A stretch of 64,000 nucleotides of DNA from Carcharhinus amblyrhynchos (lineage: Eukaryota), in NCBI GenBank assembly GCA_965287045.1, contig OZ336890.1, positions 19,778,001 to 19,842,000 on the forward strand. The letters run 5' to 3'. Below the pieces are notes generated by a model. The model did no database searches and was not told the origin of the DNA. It saw only the letters and a program-made list of their open reading frames with translations. A program made the translations under genes and the position numbers. Each line of letters begins with the position of its first letter. The stretch's first letter is position 1. Shown here piece after piece: positions 62,680-64,000 of the stretch.

Positions 62680-64000
62680 ATATTAAGCTTATAAGCAACA
62701 TGCTCAAATCTTGAACAAAAACCTTAAATATGAGAAAAGAACTGGCTAAGATTGATCAGCGACAGAGACCTGAAAGGATTGGTGGTAAATAGACATTCAA
62801 GGACACTTAAAGAAATAATTCAAAATGTTCAACAAAAATACGGTCCTTGCAAAAGCTACAGATGGAATATCCTTCTGTGGCTTACTGGGCAAGTTAAGGA
62901 TATCATAAGGTTAAGAAAAAGAGGCTTAAAAAGTTGCAAAAAAAAGTAGAAATCTGAGGATTGGGAGTATTTTAGAAATCAGCAAAAGGTGCCAAAGGAA
63001 GGGAAAATATATAATATGAGAGTAATTCAGACAGGAATATAAAAACAGATTGTAAGAGCCTTGCAAGTATATAAAGAGGAGAAAAGTTAAAATAAACATT
63101 AGAGACAGGAGAAATCACCATTGGGAATGTACAAATGCCAGAGACAATTGAACAAATATTTTATGTTTGCCTTCACGGTAGAAGACACAAATTACATACA
63201 TAAATAGAGGATAACCAAGGGGATAATAAGAGTGAAGAAATTAAACTAATTAAAATTAGCAGAGAATCCGTATTAGATAAACTTATAGTCTATAATACAA
63301 CAAAAGGGTATTCCATCTAGAAGATGCACTGCAGGAACTCACCAAGTCTTCTTAGGCAGCATCTTCCAAATCCACAACCACCACCATCTAGAAGGACATG
63401 GGCAGCAGACCCACAGGAACACCACCAGCTGCAACTTTCACTCCATCAGTCACCATCTTGACTTGGAAATATATTGCTGTTCCTCTACTGTCACTGAGTC
63501 AAGATCCTGGAACTCCCTCCCTCACAGCACTGTGGGTGTACCTACACCTCAAGGACTGCAGCAGTTCAAGAAGGCAGTTCACCAATGCCTTCCCAGGAGC
63601 AATTAGGTATGGGCAATAAATGGTGGCATGGCCAGTGATGCCCACATCCCTTAAATTAATAGAAAAATAATCCTCAGAATCTGATGTGCTACATCCTAGC
63701 ATTCGAAACAAGATAGCTACAGAGAAATTGGGTGAATTGATTATGATTTTCGAAATTTCCTTCGATTCTAGATTACTTCGAGTGGATTGGATGTTTAGCA
63801 AATGTTAACCTATTATCTAAGAAAGGAGAGAGAGAGAGAAAAACGTGGAGAACAGCAGAACAATTAGCCAGATATCAGTCACTGGGAAACTGCTAGAATC
63901 TATATAAGGAAGCCTTAACTATGCTAGGAAATCATAGTATAATCAGATAAAGTCAGTATGGTTTTAGGAAGGGAAATCATGTTTGATAAAGTTATTAGAG
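62680..64000 (+). mobile_element. Old CR1 ORF2 relic interrupted by a different LINE 3' end (63310-63655)
   Basis: LNKYFMFAFTVED at ~63148-63186 and SQYGF-GKSCL at the window end; the insert has gtcaccatcttgacttggaaatatattgctgttcc...gggcaataaatggtggcatggccagtgatgcccacatccc. Confidence 0.75.

Overview
Eukaryotic genomic DNA from a cartilaginous fish (elasmobranch). The assignment rests on HE1/V-SINE-type SINEs, CR1 LINEs with (ATGTTCTT)n tails and shark-type Penelope termini. One host protein-coding gene is present: a compact 5-exon Polycomb chromobox gene, CBX8 (+ strand, CDS join 47962-48030, 48173-48216, 48310-48375, 48500-48566, 48687-49571; 376 aa). It lies in a CpG-retaining domain of about 19 kb (~39-58 kb) whose core is nearly free of transposons. 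The rest is intergenic and full of mobile-element debris: young and old CR1s, L2-, Rex/Babar- and L1-type fragments, three SINE types, a decayed Gypsy element, two-gene PIF/Harbinger relics and MITEs. The most striking non-coding signal is a set of very short (70-220 bp) Penelope-like insertions from two families. Most are palindromic, most are flanked by target-site duplications, and several carry minimal hammerhead-ribozyme cores with co-varying stem II sequences; the copy at 15913-15948 (- strand) has an intact core. Repeat-family names come from motif recognition by eye, not database searches, and repeat boundaries are approximate.
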